Below, piece by piece: positions 11,030 through 23,489 of a DNA stretch of 64,000 bases. Positions within the stretch are counted from its first letter, which is position 1. Each line of letters starts with the position of its first letter. Both the position numbers and the translations under genes were made by a program. A model generated the notes under the pieces. It was not told the DNA's origin and searched no databases. It was given only the letters and a program-made list of their open reading frames with translations. The DNA is from Heptranchias perlo (taxonomy: Eukaryota), in contig NC_090339.1 in the NCBI RefSeq assembly GCF_035084215.1, forward strand, positions 54,188,001 through 54,252,000, written 5' to 3'.

Positions 11030-11765
11030 AGAACATAAGAAATAGGAGCAGGAGTAGGCCATCCAGCCCCTTGAGCCTGCTCCACCATTCAACAAGATCA
11101 TGGCTGATCCTCTACCTCAATGCCATTTTCCTGCACTATCCCCATACCCCTTGAAGCCTTTAATATCTAGAAATCTATCAATCTCTATTCTGAGCCTCCA
11201 CAGCCCTCTGGGATAGAGAATTCCAAAGATTCACCACCCTCTGAGTGAAGAAATTTCTGAGCTGGAGTGAGGCATCATTAAACCTGGGAGCAGCCTTCCC
11301 CCTGGGCTGCTCCATGCTGTAATTTTTCCTATTTCTTGCAGCATCAGTCAGTGGAGGACTGCCCCTTTAAATAGAGCTCCTCCAGCTGACAGACCTTACT
11401 GCACATGCGCAGTCCGCCCGCTGCGCAGCTTAGCAGCGGGGAACCCGGAAGAACAGGTAAGTTGATCCAATCAGCCTGCGATTGTGCGCGGGGCAGACTG
11501 ATTTCACCGGGCGCGTTATTCACGCGCCCAATCGACACCCCCCCCCCCCCGCCCGCCGCCATGGTAATATCTGGCCCAAAGTATTTGTTTAATTTCTCTG
11601 CCATTTCCTTATTCCCTATTATAAATTCTCCCATCTCTGCTGTAAGGGACCCACATTTGCCTTCGCCAGTCTTTTCCTTTTTACATACCTATAGAAGCTT
11701 TTACATGCCGTTTTTATGTTTCTCGCTAGTTTACTCTCAGTCTATTTTCCCTTTCTTTATCGTTT
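11030..11765 (-). mobile_element. CR1 fragments (3' tail and internal ORF2 piece) flanking the Harbinger end
   Basis: Reverse-complement CR1 tail at 11030-11258; GEFIIGNKEMAEKLNKYF right of 11578. Confidence 0.75.
11259..11577 (-). mobile_element. Left-end fragment of a related Harbinger element in UPF3B intron 8
   Basis: TIR GGGCCAGATATTACC ending at 11577; similar to 35172-35480 and includes the Myb start MEQPRGKAAPRFNDASLQ. Confidence 0.8.
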
Positions 11766-12174
11766 CTATTCTTCCCCCCCCCCCCCCCCCCCACCCCATG
11801 TCAAGCATCAGTTCCGTGGCCAAGAAGACAAAATGGTGGTATGCCCTAGCATCTACCATTGCATCTTTTGAACTGGTTATTAGGATCTGGTGTGAGTTAC
11901 TGGGCTTGTGTATTTTTTTTTCCCTTCTCACTTTCTGTGTAAAGGTATTTGACTGCTGGGATTTGTGGACACCAATCTGTATCCTCCCACTCTGGACTAC
12001 TAACATGTTGCACTGCAGAGCAGTGTGTGAATTTTAAACTTGTCTGTTGAAGGAACCGTCTATGGTGAGACTTCTGCTGAGTCTGGTAATGGAAAAGGAC
12101 CAGATATCTGGTAACTACTCAGAACCATTATCTAGATAAATAAGGTATGATTCAAGTGGATTTTGTACTGTGAA

Positions 12175-12593
12175 TGAACTTGCATTAATATAGCACCTTT
12201 CATGACCTCCAGATGTCCCAAAGCGCTTTACAGTCAATTAAGTACTTTTGAAGTGTAGTCAGTGTTGTAATGTAGGAAACACAGCAGCCAATTTGCGCAC
12301 AGCAAGGTCCCACAAACAGCAATGAAATAAATGACCAGATAATCTGTTTTAGTGATGTTGGTTGAGGGATAAATATTGGCCAGGACACCGGAGAGAACTC
12401 ATCTGTTCTTCTCCAAAATAGTGCCATGAGATCTTTTAAATCCACCTGAGGGCAGATGGGGTCTCAGTTTAATGTCTCATCTGAAAGACAGCACCTCTGA
12501 CAGTGCAATACTGAATTGTGAGCTTGGTGTGGGACTTTAACCCATAGCCTTCGGGCTCAAAGGTGAGAGCGCTACCACTGAGCCACAACTGAC
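12175..12593 (-). mobile_element. DeuSINE copy
   Basis: Reverse complement of the 7001-7458 family. Confidence 0.82.
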
Positions 12594-12819
12594 GCCAAAC
12601 TGAGGGGTGTTGCACGTTTGGCTTGCATGTAATGGGCCGTGTTAACCAGCAGCCCGAATTGTAGCTGCGTAAAAAGAACTGGAGGGAATTGTCCAATGCA
12701 ATTTTACCAGCACACATATTCTTCATCTGATTGCCAGATAATGGACTAGCTAGAAAATAAATTATCATAAAAGGTTTTACTCTTTTTTGCACCATTTGAC
12801 CGTAACTAAATGTAAATCG

Positions 12820-13150
12820 CTGCTTGGCAAGTTGTGAAATTGAATTCAATAAATCTGGTAATTTATGGGCTAGCATCAGAAAAAGATGAATGTTAAACTG
12901 CCAGATTGTCGTAAAAATCCAACTTCTTCACTGGATGTTCTTCACAGAAGAAAACCTGCACACCTACCCGGTCTGACCTACATATGTCTCCAGCCTCGCA
13001 CTACTTGTTTGACTCTTATCGCCCTCTGAAGTGTCCCAGCAAGCCGCTCGGTTTTAAAACCTTTGCTAAGAAGGCGCACCACCTTCTCGGTGCAACAAGA
13101 GATGGGCAATAAATGCAGCCTTGGCAGCATGCCCCACTTCGCCAAACAAA
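12820..13150 (+). mobile_element. SINE-like repeat sharing the 'gatgggcaataaatgc' LINE tail
   Basis: Body similar to 9295-9545 (+) and partly to 60670-60950 (-); tail matches 23020-23100. Confidence 0.6.
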
Positions 13151-13217
13151 TCTTTTTTTTTAAAAAAAGTTCATGTTTTGAGCATCGAAATAAGTTTATT
13201 TTGTTTGGACACGACAG

Positions 13218-13521
13218 GATTGAGGATGATGGTGGAAGAGACTACCGGGAAAAAGAGGACAGGGAACGAGAGAGACGGCTGAAGGAGAAAGAGCGACAGA
13301 AACGTCAGGAGGAAGACCGGCGGAAACCAAGGGAGCGATGCGAGGCTGACAAACCTTTCAGAAAAAAAGATGAAGAGATCAAGAAGGAAAAGGATCAAAC
13401 GAATGAAAGAGCCAGGAAAAAGGAAAGCTTGGAGACTGCACCAAACTTAGATAAATCGGAGAAAGGAAAAGAGGACAAGAAGGAGGATAGTGCATCAAAA
13501 AAGGAACGAATCAGAAATAAG
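13218..13521 (+). CDS. UPF3B: UPF3B exon 9
   Basis: IEDDGGRDYREKEDRERERRLKEKER...ASKKERIRNK; 304 nt; phase matches exon 8. Confidence 0.92.
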
Positions 13522-14486
13522 GTACAGGAATGTTTCATTTTAGTGACCTTGTAATTAAAACACAGGAGGGATTTTAGGAAAACCAAAACTTCTTTCTGCC
13601 ATTATAAAGACATCTGGGGTTTAAATTTAAGCGTGTTGCAAATGTAATATAATACTCGGTCTTCATTTCTGTTGGTTTTTGCACCTAAATCTCTTAGAGC
13701 CATTTAATTGATCAAAGTAGCACATAATATTTCAAATGTCTTGACACTGATTTTTTTTGTTTACTCATTGCTGTGTATGTCAACCTACAAATCAATCACG
13801 AATGTAGTTAATAAATAAGTGGACTTTCACTATGGGATTAATAGGCTAGTAACTTGGGTCATAAGTTAAAATTGCTAAGTGAATACTTGAACCCCTGCTT
13901 TAAAGAATTCCTTGAAAAAGAGAATCTTTGAGTACAATATTGTTGACTTGATTGTATTAAGATTCCTAGCTGTGTTGGAACATGTAGTAGGTTCATTTTC
14001 TAGCTATTATGGGAGAGCCAAATTTTTACCCTAATCCATATTAGTATTGAAACCAAGCAGCGCAATATCAACTTAATTTCAAAAGTAAGGAATACCTTCA
14101 AAGGTATATCATTTGGTCCCTGTAGATATCCTGTTTTATGCAATCTAAGATTGGTGCATTGTTAGTGGTTTTGTTTCATTACATGGATGCCTTATGCTCC
14201 ATTGTGCCTACAATTTGCCTTTGAGAGTATTACTCTGGGATATAGTTATAAATTGTGCACTTTGCGCTTGAGATTTTATTTCATTGATTTGAGTTGCAGG
14301 GAAGCAAAAGGCTGAAAGATTTTCAACTTTATGAAAGATCGGCCACGATGTGCTTAAAGCATTTTTAGTAAAGAAAACACATTTTATAATATTGAAATGT
14401 TATAGCATTTAATCCAGCTTTAAAAGTGTAATCCATCTGGGTATTTTCAGTTCTTTTATGTCCCACTTCTTTGTTTTTGGTTTCAG

Positions 14487-14654
14487 GACCGCCCGACCAT
14501 GCAACTGTACCAGCCAGGAGCACGGAGCCGCAGCCGGACAGTGACGTGTGCAAAGTCTGGCGAAAGCAGCATAAAGTCGACGGAGGAAAGTGAGGAGATA
14601 AAAGAGGAATTTGAGGCTTCCAGGAATATTGCTGAAAAGGAGAGTGAAGAATGA
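14487..14654 (+). CDS. UPF3B: UPF3B exon 10 (last coding exon, EJC-binding motif)
   Basis: DRPTMQLYQPGARSR completes the EJC-binding motif RIRNKDRP(A/T)MQLYQPGARSR; TGA at 14652-14654; the ten exons sum to 1401 nt. Confidence 0.95.
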   Translation, partial: DRPTMQLYQPGARSRSRTVTCAKSGESSIKSTEESEEIKEEFEASRNIAEKESEE

Positions 14655-16280
14655 AAGCGCTGCAGCTTGTTCAGAGGTTCAGCAGTCACGCTACACCGAC
14701 CGAGTGTGGGGGAAATCCAAAAGTGTCCTTATTGGAGAGGAGCTCAGAGAACGAGGATGGTGCGTTTTGCTTGTCAAGATAAAATGTTTGAAACTGGTAA
14801 TTTCCCTTTTTCTTAAGAATGGAGTTTTTTTTTGCCATCACGATTGTGACGGTGCACTGATGTGCAAGATTATTGCAGCTGGAGATTAACTGGGATGTAA
14901 ATTAGACGTTACGCTTACTAGACAGGTGCTAGTGACTCTGAAAATGTACTAGCCAACAGCCTTGATATGAGCTAATGATACTAATGGCATCCCATCATTA
15001 GCTTCAGTAGGCAAGAGGCCAAGTAAAGGATGCGCTCTGTCAGCTACAGCAGAATTATACCAGCAAATGCTAGTAACTTACCTGGGTTGTAAGTTAAAAT
15101 ACAAGTTCAACGTAACATTACAGATTATAGCATGAGACCAAATTGTTAGTGGCCTTATTGATCTTTTTACTTGTGGAATGTATGAAAAGGCCCAGGATAA
15201 AAATAGCATTTACTCTTTCACACCTATCATAGGTGTTGCATTTAGTGCAGACTTTTTGTCTATAACTGGAAAAAGTACCAGTTGCAGTTTGTATTGAAGG
15301 GACTGTGGAGGTTATGTAATTCTTCAGTTCTATTCTTTACACCCTTCAGACCTATTTACTAAACTTCTAGTGATTCCATAGGAAGAAAGAACTTGGAAAA
15401 TCTAACTTTTGTTCATTTCCTGGCGCTGCGCCACTCCAGTTCTTTTTGACTCAAATTGCACACCATCATCCAGGCATATATAAAGTACATATAAGAGCTT
15501 ATTAGAAAATGGTTGGAAATGATTCATACTTGTCCCTTCATGCGTCATAAAAAAAATTTGCTTTTAATGTAACTCCCTTCCCCTTTTCATAGCTCTATTC
15601 ATTTCATTGCTGTAGGAAGTCCCCTACAGCTGCCATTATCTGGTCAGCCAGCAGAGGGTGCCAATAGCATCGCAATGTGGCGTCTTTATTTCAAGGTGTT
15701 ATCGTTATGGAAACATGCTGTTGGATGGAAAGGCAACGTGTGTGTGCTTTTTTTTAAACAAAAGTACTGGAATGGCAGTCTGACCCTGGAGTAGGAAAAA
15801 TAGTTGAAATTCAGTAGCGGGGAGGTGGAAGAAGGGAGACAAGAAATCTGTTCGGTGACCAGTTTTATTTTGGCGATTTACTTCTAATGAGTGTGGCTAG
15901 TTTTGGATCATGTGTGGCAAAGTAAGCAAGAGAATGTTGAGCCTATTTCTTGATCCCTGATTTGCAACATTGCCGGTTCCTTTTTGTTTCATTACATATT
16001 GTGGACATGGCGCATATCTTCAGGGTACTAGGAATTGTTACAATCAAAAAAAAAACACAACATGCAGCAGCAGACTCTGTTGGTTTTACTTTTAAAAAAA
16101 AAAATTGTGCAGCATCAGAAAGGTTGCAAAGCTGTTCTTACATTCCAAGAACAGAACTGTTGAAATGATTCCTTCAGTAGAAAATTGAAACTTTTACTAC
16201 TTTTAATTCTCAAGACTATGCATTTCCTTTGTTTTTCATGCATTGTTTATACTTTTCAACAGTGTTGAACACTTGCGATC

Positions 16281-16286
16281 AATAAA
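16281..16286 (+). terminator. Probable UPF3B polyadenylation signal
   Basis: AATAAA followed ~20 nt later by a GU/U-rich tract (tgctgttttgttttgt); implies a ~1.6-kb 3'UTR. Confidence 0.6.
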
Positions 16287-19200
16287 TACCAATGACAAGA
16301 TGCGTGCTGTTTTGTTTTGTCCAGAAATTAGCATTTTAGTAGCATCTTTTTAATTCGAATGAATTTCTAGACTGTCTTGTAGGCCAAATGTGTCATCATC
16401 GCCAATGGAAGGTTAAGGTGTGACTAAACCTGGTGGCACAGTGACCCACGTGGTTCCCAAAGGTGACGGTTCAGGTCCCCGTGAACGATTTCTTGTAAAA
16501 TTCACCCTTGCAGAGCCCAGAAAGCTGGTTCTTTTACAAGCGAAGGGACCACTTCTCCGCACCATGGCTCCAAGGAAAGGTGGCAAGAAAGCCATTAAAT
16601 ACCCTCTGCAAATGCCAGGCGGTGGCCAGAAATCTCTACTTTACCCCCAACCCTTCAGTGTCTCTTCCTCTAAGGCCCACTACCGGACTCACCAACCATA
16701 AGAACTCCACCCACCGGTGCAGAAACCCCTGCTGTCGTCCTGCACAAATAAGAGGTGAGGGCAAAATCTCTGGTGCAATTGCACTTGGGGCCCCTCTTTA
16801 CATATGCTGGCAAAATCAGTGTAGCTATGACAGCTGATCTCTCAGTGGGTAATCTCACTGCTTAAAATGTCAGCTTAACTCTCCAGGTGATCAGGAGTGC
16901 TAATTCTGCATGGTGAATATTGAATGCTAAAACTAAGAGGCCTCGGTGCTTGCAGTTGATGGATGGGGTTGACCACCTCATCCACTGAACCTCTGCACAC
17001 TGCACCAGGCTAGGCATAAGTCTGAAGGCTAACACTACTCGAGTTTACTTCCCGGAATGTAAACAGGAACCTCAAAGGTTGTGTGTACAGGAGGGGGAAG
17101 GAAACCTATCTTGCTGCAGTAAAAAGGGAATGGTGTGCACAGTGAGGCACATGTGAGACATTGTGATGGATCTGAGGGGATAAAAACTCCCATAGGAGGG
17201 GAAGCAAATTGACCATTCCCTCTGCTTGGTGGCTGCACCAGAGAGCGACACCTGTATCCCAACACAGCTCCCCCTCTATCTGTTGATAGCACCCATGGGT
17301 ACATGCACCAACTGTTTCTATGGCTGAACTCAGAATTTATCTCCCTGTATGTCAAGGCATCCACCACCCATCAAACGGAGAGAAAAAAAAATCCTGATGT
17401 ACCTCAAAATCATGAAGGAAAATTCAGAAAGAATTTTTAAAGCTTCATTCTGTTAAGTGAGTTGAACATCTGTTATGTTAGAATCAGGAAGTGAGCAGCT
17501 GAACTACGAGCAAACAGAAAACATATGCATAGCCTCTGCATCCCTGACTGGGGACAATCTTGCTCCAGGTTGATATCCAATACCCACCATTGAAAGTGTG
17601 AATATTAGGTGAGGACAAGATCGTACATAATGAGCATCTCCCGCAATCAAATAACCCACTAAAACTGTGTAGGCTCACATGTAAACAATGGTCTCCTAAG
17701 GTGTGAAACCAGTAGACTGTTGGTGTTTGTGGAAACATACCCCAGCACAAATTACTATTTTTTTTTAGCAGAGAGGCAAGAGGAGAAAATCAGGAGGGGG
17801 AGCATAAGGAAGAAATTTTGGCATGAATTTGTCAGATAAGTGAGTTGAACCTCTTTTGACCTACATTGGGTCCTGGTTCACCAATACTTCCATTTTAAAA
17901 TTCTCATCCTCGTGTTCAAATCCCTCCATGGCCTAGCCCCCCCTCCCTATATCTGTAACCTGCAACCTTCCAAGAATTCTGCGTTCGTCCAACTCTGGCC
18001 TCTAAGGGGCATGAAGTCAATGGTGGATGACCTCACACTTCTCCACATTGAATTTCTGGTTGTGTGGGGTGGCCATTCGGAGCTTCATTAGGATATTCAA
18101 ATGGGGACAGGGTAGGGTACTACTCCATTAATCCACTCCTGCAGAGAAAGGTGTAATTACCACCCTTTGACAGTTGTAGGTGCCTCCTCCCAAGTAGCTG
18201 CAGCAGAAGATCACTGTGGCTTCAATACAATATTTGAATGCGTGACTTAACCATTACACTGGATGGTTCTTCAGAAACACCCTGATCACATCATTTCATG
18301 CTTGACATGGTCGTACATGCACACCATTCACTTGTTATACTGATAGATAGCCCCCATTTGCTCTGTTGGTGCTGCAGACCAACTCATTTCAGGCTCCCTG
18401 AAATCACCCCATAATCCACTGAGGCACACCTCTTGTGTCATAGTCTCCAAAAGCTTGCTGAATTTTTATCTCTTTTCCCACAATGTGATATTGTCTTTAT
18501 TGCCTTTAATTGTCCCCATCCCTTTAAATTTACTTTGCATGCAATTTCCTCCTCTCACCGCTTGTGCATCACTCCCAGACCCATCTGAGCCTGTACCTTG
18601 GTGCTTTGAATAATTATGTAAACAAGCTTAGATGAGAGAATCAAATCCTATTTGCACTTGACCTTTTGGGCCAAATTTGCTCCAGTTTTAAACCATTTAG
18701 AAGTGACAGGCCTGAAGAATAAAACTTGTCCCTTTGTTACTACTGCTTGATTCTGGCAATCTATTTGATTTGGAACAGCCTGTCTTTGATCTGCCCTTGT
18801 TATCTCACTTTAGCTGCATTCTTTAGTGTTGATTCAGTGACACAGTACACGCTGGGAGCACACCTCACTGAATCCAGCCAGTTGGCCCGAATGCAGGAAT
18901 CACAAGGTGCCAGAATCAACAATGGAAAAACATTTCAGGTCTTTGGAGGACGGGCAAAGAGTGTGCAAGAACCTCATTAGAGGTCCTAATGTAATACAGT
19001 CCGATGCAAGTTGAACCCTTGCCAAAGTCAGAAATCTTTTTCACCTGCTCACAGCTTTAGTGCTGCTTGCCCATATAAGCCAGGCACTGCTGGGATTTGC
19101 TGCTCTAGCCTTTGGGAGTTTAGTTCTTAAGGGTGTTTTTGACTGATTATTGTTCTGCCTTTTTGGATTTCTAGTTTCTGCATTGTCCTTGTGCGTTAGT

Positions 19201-20539
19201 TGTTGCTGGTGTTGGGCACTTGTTTTTTGCATTGCAAAACTGTTCTTGCACAATCCATTTCGCTCAACAGTGGTGCCTACAGCTGCTATTCCAGTGGTAG
19301 CAAACTAATTTTTCAGCATTGTAATTATTTTGGGCATTCCTATGGTAGTTCTAAATTTGGAAAAGGAAGAGAGAAAGCCAGATGTGATGGTGACCAAAAA
19401 CATGTATTTTTGTCTAAGACTCAGTTTCATATAGGCTTCTTTAATTCTTTTTTTAAAAAATTATTCTTGGCATATGGGCATCCCTAGTTGCCCTTGAGAA
19501 GCTGATGGAGACCCACCTGCTCGAACCACTACAATCCGTGTGGTGAAGGTGATCCTACAAGTGCTGTTAGGTAGGGAGTTCCAGGATTTTGACCCAGCGA
19601 CGATGAAGGAACGGTGGTATATGTCCAAGTCAGGATAGTGTGTGACATGAAGGTGATGGTGCTCCTATGTGTCCAATTCTGTCACAATACGTAAGTATAC
19701 CTCCGCCATAAGTCAGGTGATTGGAAAAAGGTCCTTAAATCAGACTGGACCTTGGTACGCTGGATCTGGCCTCCCCTGTCGGTTTCCTGTTGAGAGGGAT
19801 GGAACCTCCACCTGCCCCAAACAAGGACACTGCATTAAGAGGGAGGGTGTGGCTGAGGCTGGAGGCTCCCAGCTCAGGTGTTTTCTCATCCACACCTGGA
19901 GGAGCAGCAGTGACCCAGTATGCTGAGTAAAAGCAAGCCATATTGGTTAGCTGAACAGATATGGGGGAAACCTGGGGAGTCTAGGCCTGGGATGCAGCCT
20001 GGACCCTTGAAGATTTTTGAAAATGTTACGTTTTTGCCACTTTATAAAGGGAACCAAGGTTTCTGGCAGTGTCCTAGCACTCCCTCAGACCCAAAACCGT
20101 CTGCTGCATTTTGCAGCATCTCCCCAATGGTTTGCACCCAAGATGAGCCAATAATGCCTACATTACAACAGTGACTACACTTCAAAAAGTAATTCAGTGG
20201 CTGTGAAGGACGTGAAAGGTGTTATACAATTCATGTGCTTATTCTCTCTCAATGGTGGAGGAGCATGTTGTAAAGAGACCATTTGGAAAATCCGAGATCA
20301 CCAGGGCAGAAAATTACGAGGGCAGTATCCCTCCAGCCTGCTGCAGTGCCTCTCACCTGTTGTCTAGCTCGGTGGGACTGCCCTTATTTGGTTCCAGTCT
20401 TGCCTATCTATTCATTCTCAAAGTAATTGTAGCAAATGCTTCTCATCCTACCTTGCACTGTCACATTGGGAGTTCTCTAAGGGTCTGATGATACCCTGGT
20501 CTATCTCTCTGCACCTCTATCAACCCTCTCAATACCTCT

Positions 20540-20955
20540 GTGTCATCAGACTGTTTGCTCATCATTCAGCCTTGGATGAGCCACAGTTTGCTCCAGCTAA
20601 ACTATGGGAAGACCAAAGCCATCATCTTTGGTCCCTGCTGCAAACTCTGTACCCTCACCATTGACTTCACGACCCTTGCTAACTAGTGTCTCAGGTTGAA
20701 CCAGACTATTTGATCTCAAGCTGAGCTTCTGACCCCATATCCTCTCCATCACAAAGACCACCGGCTTCCATATCCGTAACATAGCCTGCCTCTGCCTCAG
20801 CCCATCTGCCACTGAAACCCTCATCTGTGCCTTTGTAACTTCCAGACTCTACTATTCCTATGCTGCCCTGGATGACCTCCCATTCTCCACCCTCTGTAAA
20901 CTACAGCTCATCCAAAACTCTGCCTATCCTGCACCAAGTCCTGCTCACCCATCAG
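20540..20955 (+). mobile_element. L2 LINE fragment
   Basis: Similar to 56950-57375 (gggaagaccaaagccat..., tccagactctactatt). Confidence 0.75.
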
Positions 20956-21863
20956 CGTCAACAGGAGTTGTATATCCACCATGGGAAGTAAGGGTAAATA
21001 TATTGTTTTAAGTCATGCAAATATCTGAGAAAAGGGAAGGTTTTAAAGAGGGAGGAAAGAACAATAGAAGAACTTGCATCTTAAACAATTATTGCAAATC
21101 CATGGGAAGTGAAGTAAAAAAAATGTAAATAACTGGGAATAAGAGGTTTTGGGGAGGGAAGAACACATTTGCTTACCTGTTAACTAAATTTGTTACGTGC
21201 TGGGAAATCATACCATAAATATATCTGCATGGCCTGTATCTTTCAGTATCAGTGAGATATACGATAGTTTACCTTCAGCCCTTTGTGTCATAGATTGTTG
21301 CAGTAAATTTGCTGCATTGGATGGGCAAACACTTGTCGCATTTAGGCTGCTGCAGGACCACAGTAAATGGCCAAAAAACTACTCGTCCTGCACTATCGGC
21401 GAGCGATGCCACAGGATATCTAACAGTGGATGTAATTTTATTCTGCAATGGACAACTAGACAGTCCCATGTTCTTCTCACAGAATTGCTGGCTTGAGTGT
21501 CACTTCTGAACAGTGGCTGTTGTCTTTGAGCACTGCGATTGGCTCAGGCTCAATCAACCAGAAGGACTAACAATTGTGCTGCAATTGAATGGCATCACAA
21601 AGAGGCCTCAAAGCCACTGTTTTTGTCCCGTTAAATACTTACCAGTTCTCCCCAAGTTTGACAACAAAAATCTAAAGTAAGCAGTGTGCCAATCTGTTTC
21701 TGACAAACTTCACAAAATATTTCACTCTTGCTCAGCATAGTGATACCAGAAAGATTTTATTTTAATTTATTTACCTTTTTACTGCCATTCCCATGTCCTT
21801 GTGGGTTCGAGGCCCCAGAGTAGAGATTTTATTTTATTGAAATTGAAAGAAAGAATAGAAGAA

Positions 21864-22135
21864 CTTGCATTTAAGTGGTGTCTTTCATGGCCTCAGGATG
21901 CCCTAAAGTGTTTCACAGTCAATGAATTACTTTTGAAGTGTAGTCACTGTTGTTTTGTAGACTAATGTGACAACCACAAACAGCAATGAGATGAATATCC
22001 AGTTAAATTGTTTTTGGTGGTGGTGTTGGGAGAGGACACCATGACAACATCCGGTTCTCCATCAAATAGTGCCATGAGATCTTTAACATCCACCTGACCA
22101 GGCAGACGGGGCCTCAGTTTTACGCCTCATCTGGA
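21864..22135 (-). mobile_element. DeuSINE 3' fragment
   Basis: Reverse-complement tail and core similar to 12175-12480. Confidence 0.75.
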
Positions 22136-22155
22136 AGTACTTTTTAAACACTTCG

Positions 22156-22871
22156 GGGCCGAGTTTCCCCTCCTTTACGCCAGTAATATCAGCGCAGATC
22201 CGGGCGGAATCGGCCGAACCAGCGCAAAAAGATCGGGGAATTTTAAACGTGAGTGAGTTACGCCCAGAACCACTTGCATTCGTGCTTTCCGCGATCTTTA
22301 ACGTTGGTTTAAGATTCAATTCGCCGGATCAGGCCCCGCCCCCAAAACTGGCCACGCCCCCAGGTTGACATTGCGAGTTTCCGGGAAGTCTCTTCAAATT
22401 GCACTCATTTTATTAGGCACTTAGGCAGTAAATGTTGGCACATTTTTAAAAAGTTTTTTCATACCAAAAAATATTTAATTTACTAAGAAACCAACTAGTG
22501 TACACCAACGAAAGTAGTAAATACTTCAGTATAGTTTTTTTAAGTCATTTTAAATCAGGTTACTCACGTGGAGGACTGTACACTTATTAAAAATGCTTAT
22601 TTTGTGATTAACCCATTTTCAGCTGTATTAATAAAAGTGGACCAGGTCACCACTCTTAATTACATAATGAATAATTTTTAATAGAAAGGAGAAAAAAAGA
22701 AACAGTTACGTTCTGTTACGCTGCCCAATTTACGCTGGATCATGGAAAATTTTACGTTTGTGATTATGCAAATAATTTTTGTCGGAAACTTGAGCTGTAC
22801 CCTAACCAGTGTAATTTAGAGCGCATTTTGGACAAAATTTCCCGGTTGTGCGCAAAGTGGAATCTCCACCC
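22156..22871. mobile_element. Putative non-autonomous Harbinger-type MITE
   Basis: Imperfect TIRs GGGCCGAGTTTCC / GGGTGGAGATTCC; CpG-rich ends, AT-rich core; possible TSD TCG/CCG. Confidence 0.5.
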
Positions 22872-22902
22872 CCGGTCTTTCTAATTATCTAAACTGAAGG
22901 TT

Positions 22903-23120
22903 CACCATCCTGACTTGGAAATATATCACCGTTCCTTCATCGTCGCTGGGTCAAAATCCTGGAACTCCCTACCTAACAGCACTGTGGGAGAACCTTCACC
23001 ACGCGGACTGCAGCGGTTCAAGAAGGCGGCTCACCACCACCTTCTCAAGGGCAATTAGGAATGGGCAATAAATGCTGGCCTTGCCAGCGGCGCCCACATC
23101 CCATGAATGAATAAAAAAAA
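22903..23120 (+). mobile_element. 3' end of the same LINE family
   Basis: Matches 52770-52980 and ends in poly-A. Confidence 0.85.
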
Positions 23121-23489
23121 AGGTTGTGTACTCCAAGCCGCTTTTTCTCATTTTTTTCTGTGTGAGGAAGCCTTGGGAGATCAACCAATGAGAATACGAA
23201 AAGCAAGAATGCAGATCAACATAACTGTCGGCTACTTCGATAGGTCAGCAAGTTGATCCATTGATCAGGTAAGCCATACAGACCCAGGTTCAATCCCCTG
23301 CCTATAGCTGAATTAATGGATCTTAACCAAAGTGGTAATAGGGAAAATCAACCAGGGTTCTCACTCCTGAGCAATCCCTGCCTGCTGAAAGAGCATCTAT
23401 GTGCACATTCGATGAGGGCAGTTTGGGTTGCCTGTAATGCCCCCAAGGGTCAAATACCCTGTTAACACTCACTGTCGACACTCATACAT

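Noticed and set aside
11405-12037. 210-aa ORF in UPF3B intron 8
   Set aside because: Chance read-through across a Harbinger end, antisense CR1 and poly-C runs
18400-18440. Minus-strand RGVPQWIMG resembling RPL39 RPIPQWIRM
   Set aside because: Flanks do not match RPL39, a stop follows and there are no splice signals; more likely chance or a decayed RT GVPQG motif
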